Made by a program: the position numbers and the translations under genes
Shown here: one piece after another, positions 15,638 through 26,498 of the stretch
Numbering within the stretch: position 1 is the first letter of the stretch
Layout of the letters: every line of letters starts with the position of its first letter
Assembly: GCA_009859145.1 (NCBI GenBank)
Contig: VRVR01000052.1
Coordinates: forward strand, 1 to 64,000
DNA length: 64,000 nucleotides
Source: Andalucia godoyi And28
Taxonomy: Eukaryota > Protista > Jakobida
Reading direction: 5' to 3'
Notes under the pieces: model-generated
Told to the model about the DNA's origin: nothing
What the model saw: only the letters and a program-made list of their open reading frames with translations
The model's database searches: none

Positions 15638-16252
15638 ATGGGCGACCCGGTGGACTTGTCATCCATGACTGATGCCGATCTCTCGGCGCACATCAAGTCC
15701 CTCATCCGGACGATCCCGGATTTTCCAAAGCCACCGATCCTGTTTCGCGACATTACGACGCTTCTGCAGCACCCGACGGGGCTTACCACGACTGTTGAGC
15801 TGATGCAGCGGGCGATCCGTCAAGCGGGATTTACCTTTTCAAAGAACGAGCCGTCGGCGCAGCGCATTGACGCGATTGTTGGGATCGAGTCTCGAGGATT
15901 CATGCTTGCAGCACCGCTGTCGCATGCGGCGCACGTTGGATTTGTCCCGGCCCGCAAGAAGGGAAAGCTACCGTTCGCGACACACCGCTCCGAGTATGCG
16001 TTGGAGTACGGAACAGACTCGCTCGAGATGCATGTGGATGCGATCGAGCCCGGAACGAACGTTCTGGTCATTGATGATCTGGTCGCGACGGGCGGAACCA
16101 TGGAGGCCGCATGCAAGCTCGTGGAAATGTGTGGCGCAAAGGTCGCTGCGTGCTTGGCGGTCGTCGATCTGCCAGACATTGGCGGATCCACAAAGCTGCT
16201 CACTCAAAACGGGAGAAAGCTTGTTACTCTTGTTTCCTTCGAGGGACACTAG
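15638..16252 (+). CDS. APRT: adenine phosphoribosyltransferase
   Basis: IPDFPKPPILFRDIT, GIESRGF, ARKKGKLP, YALEYGTD and the PRPP-binding VLVIDDLVATGGT. An alternative ATG is at 15611. Confidence 0.97.
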   Translation: MGDPVDLSSMTDADLSAHIKSLIRTIPDFPKPPILFRDITTLLQHPTGLTTTVELMQRAIRQAGFTFSKNEPSAQRIDAIVGIESRGFMLAAPLSHAAHVGFVPARKKGKLPFATHRSEYALEYGTDSLEMHVDAIEPGTNVLVIDDLVATGGTMEAACKLVEMCGAKVAACLAVVDLPDIGGSTKLLTQNGRKLVTLVSFEGH

Positions 16253-16442
16253 ATAACGTAAACCGACAATCCACGACCCAGCACCAGCACGAGTAACGCG
16301 CAGGAGAACGTCCATTCGACGCAGTGCATCACACATGGCGCCTTGCGTCCCTTTGGTTCCTGTGAATATTCGGAATGTGCCGTGATGAGCAGGTGCAAGG
16401 TGCAAGGTGCAAGGTGCAAGAAACAAGGTACGGGAGAGTTTA

Positions 16443-17459
16443 TCATTCTTCGTCTTCTTCCTCGTCGCTATCGTCGTCATCGTGGTGGCGAGCCGAGCGT
16501 GTGGATCGACCTTCAATGTCGACGTTTCCGGCGAGCCCACGCTTCCGATTGTCCTTTGCAGACCCTTTCCCGCCTTCTTGGTGCTGGTGTTGCTGTTGAA
16601 GCTGGTGCTGCTTGGACCGCGCATGGACAAAGTCGTCTCGCAGAACATCCCATTCCCGTTTCTGCGAGGAAGACCCGGCGCTGTTGACGTTGTCCTGGAA
16701 CACCTTTTGCGCATCCTTCTCCGTCTTCTGCTGCTGTGTAAAAGACAATGTAGCAAGATCGCGATCTCGGACTGCTTCCTGCGCCTTTCGCACCGCATTG
16801 AACAGCTTGACCACGGCTGCAGACCCGATTTTCCGCAGAGCCTTTTCATCGCCATAGCTTGGTTGGTCCCGCGGAATAATGTGGTACTTTTCAATCGACG
16901 CGACTTTGATCGCCTTCAGACGCGCACGTTCTTTTTCGGCCGCCGCGGCTTTCCGTTCCTTCTCCTTGACTTTCAGTTCCAGATTGGACAACAGTCCCGT
17001 TGCAGGTTTCTTTGATTCTTTGGTTCTTCCATCGTTTTCCGCGACATCCTCGGACTCGGACTCGGACTTGGACTCTGGAACAGGTGCAGAAGCAGCCTTT
17101 TTCTTTCCCACCTCTGCTTTTGGAATTTGCACAATCTTTTTTGTAGCCACTTCATCCGATGCCTTCTTTCTCAATATCGACTTCGCCGGCTGTTCAGACT
17201 CGGAACTGCTGCTGGATGCCGACTGCTCTTCATCTTCAGTGTCACCGTCATTGTCAGAACTCTCGGACTCGGAGGAAAGCGGCTGGACGTGTTTCCCACC
17301 AATGACCTTCTGGATCGCAGCTGCAAAAGACGTCGGATCTGCATGGCTTGTTTTTCTTCGCTTCGCTCTCCGCTGCACAATCTTTGCAGACGCTCGTTCT
17401 TGCATGGAGCGCTTCATCGCAATGATCGAGTCCCGATCATTGCCCTCCTCATCTGCCAT
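16443..17459 (-). CDS. RRP15: ribosomal RNA processing protein 15
   Basis: Acidic/basic low-complexity N-terminus, then EKALRKIGSAAVVKLFNAVRKAQ and WDVLRDDF typical of the Rrp15 domain; start MADEEG. Confidence 0.85.
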   Translation of the reverse strand: MADEEGNDRDSIIAMKRSMQERASAKIVQRRAKRRKTSHADPTSFAAAIQKVIGGKHVQPLSSESESSDNDGDTEDEEQSASSSSSESEQPAKSILRKKASDEVATKKIVQIPKAEVGKKKAASAPVPESKSESESEDVAENDGRTKESKKPATGLLSNLELKVKEKERKAAAAEKERARLKAIKVASIEKYHIIPRDQPSYGDEKALRKIGSAAVVKLFNAVRKAQEAVRDRDLATLSFTQQQKTEKDAQKVFQDNVNSAGSSSQKREWDVLRDDFVHARSKQHQLQQQHQHQEGGKGSAKDNRKRGLAGNVDIEGRSTRSARHHDDDDSDEEEDEE

Positions 17460-18056
17460 TTCTGTTAGCTCCAGCTGACCGCGAAAGAATGCCTCACCTC
17501 GAACTATACTACCGACTCTCAATGTACAAAACCCAACTCAATAAAAAGGATAAGGAAAAAACAAAAACGCAAAAGAAAATGAAGAAAAAGAAAGGGAAAA
17601 AATTAAGAGAAAAAGATGGATGAGCGAAAGTGCGTGCGTACGAGCGCTGTACGTTCGGTTTGGGAACGACGTGTTGGGTCCGCACCGCTGCACAAATTCA
17701 TTAATTACTCGATGCACGAGGATTGCAGCGCTTCCCGGATGCAATCCGACATCGAATCCATCGTCGTTGTACGTGATTTGGCTAGCAGGGATCTGCACAG
17801 GCCCGGTATCGCGCAGCAGCAGACAGTATCCGATGCAGTATCCAACTGTTCGAAGAGAATGACGAATCGACACCGCCCAACTGCGTGCGGAAGCGCAGAC
17901 ATTTTCTTCAAAAAATACACTCACTTTTTTCCCTTTCTGGTGCCTTCCCGAACGAATTGGGGCGGCGGATACGACAGCACGTATCCTGCAATCAGCAGCA
18001 AGACGACGTTACAGCATACATGAGACACACGCCAGGAAGAGAAGAGAGGAGAAAAG

Positions 18057-18107
<51 letters not shown>

Positions 18108-18118
18108 AAATGGAAACT

Positions 18119-19225
18119 TTACAGAGTCGGCGACAGCGTATACTTGACGAGATATGCAAGAGCTCCCCACGTGTGCTCTGTGGACTCCGTCCACTGGCCC
18201 CATGCATTCCGCCCAATGGTCGTGAGAAGCCCCGCTATGTCTGACCGAACTGGCTTTGTGACATTTTTGAAAATGTACATGAAGCGAGACCGCGCAACCT
18301 CTGGGTCTTGTCGCTGCAAAACGGTCATGGAAGCACTGCTGACAGCAGACGTGCAAGGAGGGCCGTCACCACCGCTGCTAGTCGTCGGCGATCCCGTCTC
18401 AGTTTCCGCAGCAGATGCATGAGAGAGTGCGATTCTTGAACGTTTGGCAGCGACTTCCGTTGCTGCATCTTCATCTTCACGGATCATGCGCACGAGTTGC
18501 TTCACAATTCTTCGTTCGGTATCCAGAGAAAATCCTCTTGGAGGGACAATCTCCCCGGCGCGTTCGGCCTGTTTCTGTTCAATCTGTTCAGCCTCGGGTT
18601 CGTCTCGGTCCTCTGTTTGCTCGGGAACCTCCTCTGCGTCTTCAGCGTCTTCAACATCGTCTGCATCGTCGGCATCGTCGGTTTCATCTGCATCGTCATC
18701 TTTGCGGACGTGGCGGGAAGAGACACCTTTTCTCCTGGATTCGACGACCCTCTTTTGAAGTTCCGAAAACATGGCTTGCAAGTCGCGAAACAGCGGTCCT
18801 ATTTGGGCCTCGGCAGCAGCGTTGAACGACCATGAATTGGGATTTTGCTTTGCAGACACTGTCGAGTGGTAGCGCAGCAAGGACTGCAGGTGAGAAGGAT
18901 ACCGAGGGACAATGCCTCGCTTCGAACCGTTCTCATCTCCCAGCGACGCGGTCGCGATCGCTGTTGAGGAAGAAGCAGAATTTGGCGACTCCAATATACG
19001 CGCTGGGCCAGTCCGAGCACTGCGCTCTCTGCCTGCAGACGATCGAGGAGTCCACAGCTGCCGTTTGCATTCTCGCTGAAGACGCTCTGATGATTTTGTG
19101 GCCGGAAGCGTGCGAGATTCTTGACGCACCAATGCAAGAAACTCCATTGGGTCTTTGGGCGGCGCCAACGGGTCAACCACCAGATCAGCGGGAGGCTCCG
19201 GCAGACAGGCAGCAGACTTGGACAT
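18119..19225 (-). CDS. Gemin2/SIP1-like SMN-complex protein (tentative)
   Basis: N-terminal PPKDPMEFLALVRQESRTLP resembles Gemin2 PxxxxEYLxxVxxEAxxxP; C-terminal SRFMYIFKNVTKPVRSDIAGLLTTIGR resembles the Gemin2 WLYALLxxLxKPL..LRxLAR block. Confidence 0.5.
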   Translation of the reverse strand: MSKSAACLPEPPADLVVDPLAPPKDPMEFLALVRQESRTLPATKSSERLQRECKRQLWTPRSSAGRERSARTGPARILESPNSASSSTAIATASLGDENGSKRGIVPRYPSHLQSLLRYHSTVSAKQNPNSWSFNAAAEAQIGPLFRDLQAMFSELQKRVVESRRKGVSSRHVRKDDDADETDDADDADDVEDAEDAEEVPEQTEDRDEPEAEQIEQKQAERAGEIVPPRGFSLDTERRIVKQLVRMIREDEDAATEVAAKRSRIALSHASAAETETGSPTTSSGGDGPPCTSAVSSASMTVLQRQDPEVARSRFMYIFKNVTKPVRSDIAGLLTTIGRNAWGQWTESTEHTWGALAYLVKYTLSPTL

Positions 19226-19289
19226 TTTGCACGCACGGCTCTTCACTCATTCGTCCAACAAGCGAGTCGCCCGAACAAATAATAAGAAG

Positions 19290-19411
19290 CAAGGGAACAA
19301 GGAAACAAGGGAACAAGGGAACAAGGGAACAAGGGAACAAGGGAACAAGGGAACAAGGGAACAAGGGAACAAGGGAACAAGGGAACAAGGGAACAAGGGA
19401 ACAAGGAAACA
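19290..19411. repeat. tandem 8-mer (GGGAACAA)n
   Basis: About 14-15 consecutive units, directly visible. Confidence 0.95.
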
Positions 19412-19723
19412 AAAAAAGAAAAATGAAAATAACACGAAGAAGCTAGTCAAAAGATTCTGCGGACACATGCCGACAGACTGACGACGGTCGAGTGGCCAAC
19501 CGGGCATAGCTGTTTCTGCTTTCCGCCGGACGTACAGTTACTACTGATGGGTGGCTGGATGTTGATGCAAGACCGAGAACGTGCACAACTGCTTCCATGT
19601 CCTTTTTCTGTTCTGCGCTTCTCGCTCTCGCACTCCGTTTCAGCCCCGTATTGCGCTGCGCTGTGAACTTGTTGTGATCGACGTCCGTGTATCGTTCGTC
19701 CCAAAAACCATCAGCATCATCGG

Positions 19724-21328
19724 ATGACGCTCCTTCGATCGTTGTTGTTTCTCGCGTTTGTTTCCTGGGTTGCTGCGAATCCCGTAGCTCGCACGCAAAG
19801 CACCCAACGCTCTCCGGCCGAGTTCCCAGTTCACCGTGCGCTTCACTTTTCTCGTAATGGACTGACACTCGGGACGGCGTCCGTCACTTTGTCTCTGACC
19901 GCCATCAATCTGTGCACGTCTCCTCTTTGGAACGCTACGAACGGCGGTGGCCGCTTCCTTGGCGTCTATGACTTTTCCTGCGGGAAGGAGGTGCTTGATG
20001 CGGCAGTTACCGTCGACCGCGTCGTTGCGTTTCTCGTCGTTTTAAAGCACGATTTGCTGAGCGAGAAGCAGCTTATTGCAGCGGAACTGGAAGACTGGAT
20101 CGTCAAGGCGTCCTCCAAACCGATCATGTTTGCGCGTCCTGAGGAAGTCGATCTGGACTCGTACTTCGCCAGCACGAACTCGTCTGTGCTGCTCGAGGTG
20201 ACCGCCTCCAATGCTGCAGAGACGAAGCTGAATGCTCGTTTGCTCGAAGTGTCGATGAGCCAAGTCCCATTTTCGCAGTCAACGGTGTCTGCCGACGCCC
20301 TTCCCTGGGTTGTCGTTGCTGCCCATTATGATACGCTGTCTTTAGTCCCGTCAATGTCTGCCGACATGAGTTCTGCCGGCTTGCTCATTGAGCTTGTGCG
20401 CCTTGCCGCGTCAACCTCAACGTCAACGTCATCGGCGTCCTCTCCGTTCCGTCTTCTCTTCCTTCTTGACGGAGCTGGAAGAGTGAACTTCCATGGCTTG
20501 CAGAACTACTTGCAAGGGCTGAGCGCCGACCTTCGCGATGAGATCCTGATGGCTGTCTATTTGGATGCGTTGGACCCAGCCCTGGTAACCCAGAATGGCA
20601 TTTCCATCGTGCGACCTTCGGACTCGTTTGTGCAGACTGCTGGCTCCGCGAAGCCGAACAAGGCGGCCAACGATTTCGTTGACCGGTTGCAGGTTGCCAT
20701 CGGACACAAGTTGAGCAAGTATACTCGCAAGTCATCCTCGAACGTGCCTGCGAAAGCATCGGTGGTGGTTCGCAAAGTGGACCTTCGTCGGGATTTCGCG
20801 CTCGGACACGAAGCATTCACGATGAATGGGGTTCCTGCAGTGTCACTGACGGCCATTGCCGCTAGCCAGATCCAGCCGCAAGTAATTGGACGCAATCGCA
20901 TCTTCAGCGTGCCGGCGCAGAACAGCCTGTATTCTCGAAGGGATGTTTTGAAGACTGTTTTCGAGAGTATTCTGTACGCTGCTGGGAAGTATGCCAAGGT
21001 CGACGACGCGCCGCCAACCGATGCCTACCGTGCTTCGGATGCACTGCTTGCCAAGTACGAGCAAGAGCTGACCGAGAAACCCGTGTTCCCCGGCCACAGG
21101 GGCGCGACTTCGGATATCATTTCGTGGCTGCAGAACACAGCCGAAGGGCGCGGCGTCGTTCGAGAGATTGCTGTTGATGAAAAAGACGGACTAACGTGGT
21201 ATGACAAGCAGCGGATTACCGCAACTCTGTACAATGTCCGAAGCGTAGCTTGGGATCTCACTATTGCAGGGCTTGTCATGGGATGGACCGGCATTGTGCA
21301 CCTGATCATCAAGAAGCTTGCCATTTAA
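19724..21328 (+). CDS. NCLN: nicalin (inactive M28-peptidase-fold ER membrane protein)
   Basis: Signal peptide; VVVAAHYDTLSLVP..SSAGLLIELVRL; LLFLLDGAGRVNFHG; HEAF; C-terminal LYNVRSVAWDL plus a TM helix. Confidence 0.85.
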   Translation: MTLLRSLLFLAFVSWVAANPVARTQSTQRSPAEFPVHRALHFSRNGLTLGTASVTLSLTAINLCTSPLWNATNGGGRFLGVYDFSCGKEVLDAAVTVDRVVAFLVVLKHDLLSEKQLIAAELEDWIVKASSKPIMFARPEEVDLDSYFASTNSSVLLEVTASNAAETKLNARLLEVSMSQVPFSQSTVSADALPWVVVAAHYDTLSLVPSMSADMSSAGLLIELVRLAASTSTSTSSASSPFRLLFLLDGAGRVNFHGLQNYLQGLSADLRDEILMAVYLDALDPALVTQNGISIVRPSDSFVQTAGSAKPNKAANDFVDRLQVAIGHKLSKYTRKSSSNVPAKASVVVRKVDLRRDFALGHEAFTMNGVPAVSLTAIAASQIQPQVIGRNRIFSVPAQNSLYSRRDVLKTVFESILYAAGKYAKVDDAPPTDAYRASDALLAKYEQELTEKPVFPGHRGATSDIISWLQNTAEGRGVVREIAVDEKDGLTWYDKQRITATLYNVRSVAWDLTIAGLVMGWTGIVHLIIKKLAI

Positions 21329-21443
21329 AAACTTGACTCCTTTCGAGAAAAAGAAGGTCGTCGGAGTCGCAGCAACATGTAAATTTTCCGCGCATCATTT
21401 CAATCGGCCGTCATCCTCATAAAGCGCATAACTATACCTATTT

Positions 21444-22382
21444 TTATTGTACATGTGGTTGTTGTTGCCTTCTTCTTGCAGCGGCCACTTGCTCCAGGGC
21501 GGATTGTCGAATGGAAGAGGAGCCCTGTAACTTTGGCGACGAAGGAGCCGAGTTGCGCGCCGGCCCATTCGCGCCGGAGGGCGAGTTCAGACCTCGCAAG
21601 CGCGCGCGACGAGCAGCGGCAATCGCATCAATGGCCTGCGACCGAAATATTGCATTTCCTGACGACGCCGACTCGTTGTCGGACACAGCCGCCACAGCCA
21701 GCCCGGACGACGGCGACTTTGGCGACGCTGAAGAGTCCGAAGACAGCATTCCAGGAGTCTCTTCGGGAAAAGATTCTGGAGAGCTGCTTGAATCTAGCAT
21801 GTCTGCATCTGCCACATCAAAGGTAACGGAATGCATCGAGTCTCGTTTCGACTGCAGCAATTTCCTGGGACTGGAGCTAGGACCACTGGGTCTGCTGCTC
21901 AACGACGCCTTCCGAGACGGGGAAGACGCGACACTTCCAGCATGACGGGGCGAGTGGCTTTCTTCCTCTGCCTGCCGCAACGACTCTCTTCGTCTGCGCG
22001 GGGACAGTTCCGAGAACACGCTGAGCAGGGCCAAATCGCGCGATCGAAACTGCAGTGTTGCATGCGACTGCAAAAGACTCGTGTAGTGATCCAGATTCGA
22101 AAATCGCCTCACGAGCCTTGCATCCTCCGCTTCTGCAGCGGCATGTGCAGCCTCCACTTCCATGCATGCCTCTTGATCCTGGTCTCCCGCATCGTCGCTG
22201 GTGCACCGCACACCAAGTCTCGCCACATCCGCCGTCCTCCCAATTGCACACGATCTGGACGACACGAGCATGTTTGTCCGAACAATCAAGTCGAGTCGCG
22301 ACTTCCATGACTTTCCCAGCCTGCTTCTCAAGTCCGCTTTCCAGTGGTCAACCGATCGCAGAATTCGTCCAACTCTAATCAT
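21444..22382 (-). CDS. hypothetical Ser-rich protein
   Basis: ORF of >300 codons; start uncertain; no recognisable domain. Confidence 0.6.
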   Translation of the reverse strand: MIRVGRILRSVDHWKADLRSRLGKSWKSRLDLIVRTNMLVSSRSCAIGRTADVARLGVRCTSDDAGDQDQEACMEVEAAHAAAEAEDARLVRRFSNLDHYTSLLQSHATLQFRSRDLALLSVFSELSPRRRRESLRQAEEESHSPRHAGSVASSPSRKASLSSRPSGPSSSPRKLLQSKRDSMHSVTFDVADADMLDSSSSPESFPEETPGMLSSDSSASPKSPSSGLAVAAVSDNESASSGNAIFRSQAIDAIAAARRARLRGLNSPSGANGPARNSAPSSPKLQGSSSIRQSALEQVAAARRRQQQPHVQ

Positions 22383-22943
22383 CGGAAAAAACGCCCTCTC
22401 CTCCAAAAAAACCCACACAAAAACACATGTGAAAATCCAGGAATGTCCAGTGTCCGCCCCATTAAATGTCAATACGCCACACATACCAGATAAATAAAAT
22501 GTTCAAACAACAACAACGACAAAATCAGCAACATACCTCTCTACAACCTCGTCGTTAGGCACAATGTCCGCAACCGACTCCAAAGCAAGAAGAACCAACC
22601 GCTCTGTTCGCTGGCTGTTGTTTTTTAAAACATAACGTTGTGATTACGTTGCGATCATGCTTGATTGCTTGAATTGTGAGTGAAGTCAAGATTACAGGAA
22701 AACATAGAGGACGGAATGGTGATGATCATGGTACGTACATTTCTTCCTCAAAGCACGATATTAGCGACATCGAGCCCTCTGCTGGTGAACAAACAATGGC
22801 ACGAACGACAAAGAGTCTAGAAGCTGCAGGAGCAATGAAGCAACAGGAGAACCACGAACTTGCGAACCTTTGCCAACTGACGGATTCTCGTCCGGCTCAC
22901 AGCTTTCTGTATCAACGTTGAACATCAAACAAAACGATTTTCT

Positions 22944-23494
22944 TACCGTAGTCAAATCTTCGTTCTTTGCTTTTTTCTCTTTCTATTATTTATTTCTGTT
23001 TGTTTGGGGGTTTTTTTAAATCATCAAACCCTCAAGCAGCACCTCTTCAAAGACAAGGACAAAGACAAAGACAAAGACAAAGCATCTCATGGCTCCAAAG
23101 AGGGACCTTCCCCACAAACTCACACCGGCCATGCCCGAAGATGCCGAGAACCAAGAAACCCGTTGATTTCCCTCTCGTCGCAGATTACTGAGCAGCCGGA
23201 TGATCATCACATCACGAAGAAGTGTGATCGATTGCATTCGGAATGCGCTTTCTTTTCAAATCAGAGGACAAGAAGGGAGCAAAGGCAAAAAGCGTCGTCA
23301 GGCGCAATGTGCAACGCCGCCGACCGCATTCTGTTTCCATCCAGCGTTCCTTATTGAATGTTGAATCGATTTGAGGGGAATATGTTGGTTGCGATGACCC
23401 TCTGATGATGCAGAGCAATCTGCATGGAAGAGTTGGTGCTCGCCCCCCAAATGAAAACACGGGGCTTGGATCTGTCTTTAGAGACAGCTTAGCC
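22944..23494 (+). repeat. dispersed repeat family X, copy 1 (homologous to 49482-49801)
   Basis: Shared blocks TACCGTAGTCAA, CCTCAAGCAG, CCGGCCATGCCCGAAGAYGCCGAGAACCAAGAAACCC, GCGATGACCCT, ATGCAGAGCAATYTGCAT, GGCTTGGATCTGTCTT. Weaker similarity extends on both sides. Confidence 0.9.
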
Positions 23495-23862
23495 TAATGA
23501 CCATTGATGATTCATGTTTTGGCGGGCGGAGTCGAGCCGGTTGCCAAAGATCCGGCACTCGGCAAATGGTCGGGAAGCATGTCGAACGATGTCGAACAAT
23601 GTTATACGGTACAATTTCTTCGACCCTTTTGTCTTTCCTTTTCATTTCCTCGGGTTTAGACACTTTACACATTCACTCGCACACGCACACACAGACACAC
23701 AGACACAGACACACAGACACACAGAGGCACAGACACACAGAGGCACAGACACACAGAGGCACAGACACACAGAGGCACACAGGCATTCGCTCGCACACAG
23801 AGTCTGGCACATTGACGAGCTCATTTGGAACCGAGAAAACACAGCACATCGCAGCAAAAGGC

Positions 23863-26181
23863 ATGATCGGACGAACCGCGTTGTGGCCCTGCATATCGCG
23901 CCCGTTTTCGCGCATCCTCGTCCTCGTGCTGTTCCACTACGCACTGCTGAGCGCCGTGGTGCATGTATCGTATTCCCACAAGCTCGGCACGCACGCGATG
24001 CTCGACGGAAGTTCCAGTGCGGCGGAATTCGGGTTCCTGATGCTCCAAAACACGTCCAGAAAATCGCTGTTTTCGCTGTTCCCGCCACAGATCCAAGCGG
24101 AAGCTGTCGTGCAGACGCTGGCGTCGACAGCATCGAGGTTTAGGCTTGGTGCATTTTCATCCTTGCTGGACGACTCGCGAACATCTGGTGTCGCGGCACG
24201 GACGCCGGACATCACGGGCACCACGGCGAGCCCACGAGTGTCATCCGACTTGCTCAGGCGGCTGTTCGCTGACGGGGACGACGGGAACAACTGGAGCGGC
24301 GCGAAAACGCTGGAATCGGATGCAAAGGTGGCGACGGACGAGGCGGGCTTGCAGGCCACGCTGAACCCATCAGACACTTACGAGGGACAGTGGCAATTCA
24401 AGACTGGTCTGCAACAGCTGTGCGGAAACTGCACGTCGCCAGAGCTAGAGCCAGACATTGGGTTTCCAATTCAGTTTCCGCATCCGCACGATTCGTCTGC
24501 GTCCACGAGCGACTCCGCAGACACATCAAAGAGAAAAATGTTTGCGCTTAACGCAAGAATAACCAACCTACGAGTAGACATGCAGGATCCCAAGAATGCA
24601 AACGTGTCAACCATGATCCAGCATTCGAATTTCCCTTCCAGTCTCCAGGGATTTTTCTCTAGAATTTTCGCACCCGCAGCAGCAGCAGGGGCCGAGCTGA
24701 TGTACATAGTGAACGGTGTTCAGGTGCTGAGAGACGGGAGATACTCGTCGGACAATTCAATGTATGTGTATTGGACCGGCGTGTATTTCAACGAGTCCAG
24801 CGTTGCAGTCATGATTGGCGCGCCGGCTCGAGCCTACATTGACGGCTTCAAAGCAGGGATAGACAGCCTTGAAAGCATGGTTAATTTGTGGACTGCATAT
24901 GCAACGCAGCTGGAAGCGGAATTCTCACGATCGCGCACGCCAGCTGCTGCCGCTGCGCCATTTGAGCATCCGCACGCATGCTCATTTCTTGGGGCGTTCA
25001 AGTTCTCCAAGACCGGCGAATGGACCGATAAGTACTTGCCCGCGGAGTTCACGTCGCAGCCGTACGCGACGTCAAAGAACCCAAACTCAAAGGATGGCGA
25101 CGCTGAAGAGTATGTTTCCATTTTCCAGGTGGAAGGCGAATTTGAATCGTATCGCACAGCTGCCTGTCCGCTCATCCATGTCGTCTTTGCGGGCGAATCG
25201 TTTGTTGCCGAGACATTCATGGTTCGGGCGACTATTTACGCAATCATCTTGTCTGTGTCGGCGCTGTTTCAGCTGCACGCCATTGTCCGCCAAATGAAGC
25301 ACGCGTCGTCATCGACAGCCGCGTCTCGTCTCTCCATTCTTACGATCGGTACTCAGACGATGTTGGATGCGTATTGTTGTTTGTTCCACCTCATGACGGC
25401 CCTGATGATACCATCGTTGTTTTCTGTCTTTTCGGCCCTTGCATTCCTGCAGTTTTTGCTGTTTTCCATTTTTGAAATGCGAACCATGTTGTCTGCCCAC
25501 CGAGCACAACAGGGCAACGGCGGAAACGAGGGATGGGGTGTCTTCAGATTTGAGGCCGGTGGCCTGTATTCGCGATTCTACATGATTCTTATTTTTGGGA
25601 TTGTGTTCATGTACAACCTTGGAAGCGTGTTTTGGCGCGTGGTCATGGTTCTGTACTGTTTCTGGATACCGCAGATTGTCAGTTCGATCTGGTCGAATTT
25701 GCGACGCCCATTGGATCCTCAGTACATTGTAACAATGTCCGTGTCTCGACTCGTGCTACCTGGCTATTTCCTGCTCCTGGAATCCAACTTTCTCGAGGTG
25801 GAACCGAACCCGTACATCTTTTTGGTGATCGTGTTGATTGTGGCAGTTCAAGGCGCCATTCTCTTGTTACAGTACCAGAAGGGGCCGCGATTCTTTGTTC
25901 CGGATCGCATGCTTCCTGCTCGCTATTCATATTACCGTCCGCTTCCGCAAGCAGACGTTGAGGCTGCCGACGGAGGCGATGGTCCCGACGGTGCCGGTAC
26001 CGGTGCCGCTGCTGCCCACACGTGCGTGATTTGCATGCAGGAGATCGAGCACGCCCACATTGGTACTCCGCGGATCATGGTGACTCCATGCAACCATCTC
26101 TTCCATTCCGAGTGCCTGCAGCAATGGATGGACATCAACCTTGTCTGTCCCACTTGCCGCGCACCCTTACCAGAATCATGA
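23863..26181 (+). CDS. TUL1: multi-pass transmembrane RING-H2 E3 ubiquitin ligase (Tul1/FLY1-like)
   Basis: Luminal domain, about 7 TMs with SRLSILTIGTQTMLDAY, WIPQI, KGPRFFVP, and C-terminal CVICM..PCNHLFHSECLQQWM..CPTCRAPLP; start MIGRTAL after a microsatellite. Confidence 0.88.
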   Translation: MIGRTALWPCISRPFSRILVLVLFHYALLSAVVHVSYSHKLGTHAMLDGSSSAAEFGFLMLQNTSRKSLFSLFPPQIQAEAVVQTLASTASRFRLGAFSSLLDDSRTSGVAARTPDITGTTASPRVSSDLLRRLFADGDDGNNWSGAKTLESDAKVATDEAGLQATLNPSDTYEGQWQFKTGLQQLCGNCTSPELEPDIGFPIQFPHPHDSSASTSDSADTSKRKMFALNARITNLRVDMQDPKNANVSTMIQHSNFPSSLQGFFSRIFAPAAAAGAELMYIVNGVQVLRDGRYSSDNSMYVYWTGVYFNESSVAVMIGAPARAYIDGFKAGIDSLESMVNLWTAYATQLEAEFSRSRTPAAAAAPFEHPHACSFLGAFKFSKTGEWTDKYLPAEFTSQPYATSKNPNSKDGDAEEYVSIFQVEGEFESYRTAACPLIHVVFAGESFVAETFMVRATIYAIILSVSALFQLHAIVRQMKHASSSTAASRLSILTIGTQTMLDAYCCLFHLMTALMIPSLFSVFSALAFLQFLLFSIFEMRTMLSAHRAQQGNGGNEGWGVFRFEAGGLYSRFYMILIFGIVFMYNLGSVFWRVVMVLYCFWIPQIVSSIWSNLRRPLDPQYIVTMSVSRLVLPGYFLLLESNFLEVEPNPYIFLVIVLIVAVQGAILLLQYQKGPRFFVPDRMLPARYSYYRPLPQADVEAADGGDGPDGAGTGAAAAHTCVICMQEIEHAHIGTPRIMVTPCNHLFHSECLQQWMDINLVCPTCRAPLPES

Positions 26182-26498
26182 CGAGTCTGTGACACGCCGC
26201 CGTTTATTATTATTATTATATCCTTACCACAATACGGGTTGTGTTGTTTGTTTTGTTTGTTACCCACGAGACGACTTCTTCCTCTTGTTCTCCTGCTGGT
26301 TCTTGTTGGACGACGTCCACCACAAGTGCATTCCACCCCCCTCGCACTGCTGATTTTTCCCCCCGTCACCATAATCATCATCGTCACCTTAAACATGATT
26401 TTTTAAATCTAATTTTAATTTAGAGATACGTACGGAACAAAGAAAGAAAGAACGAAAGGGAGCAGTTGCTGTTGGTGGTGATGCAGAAGTGACGACGA

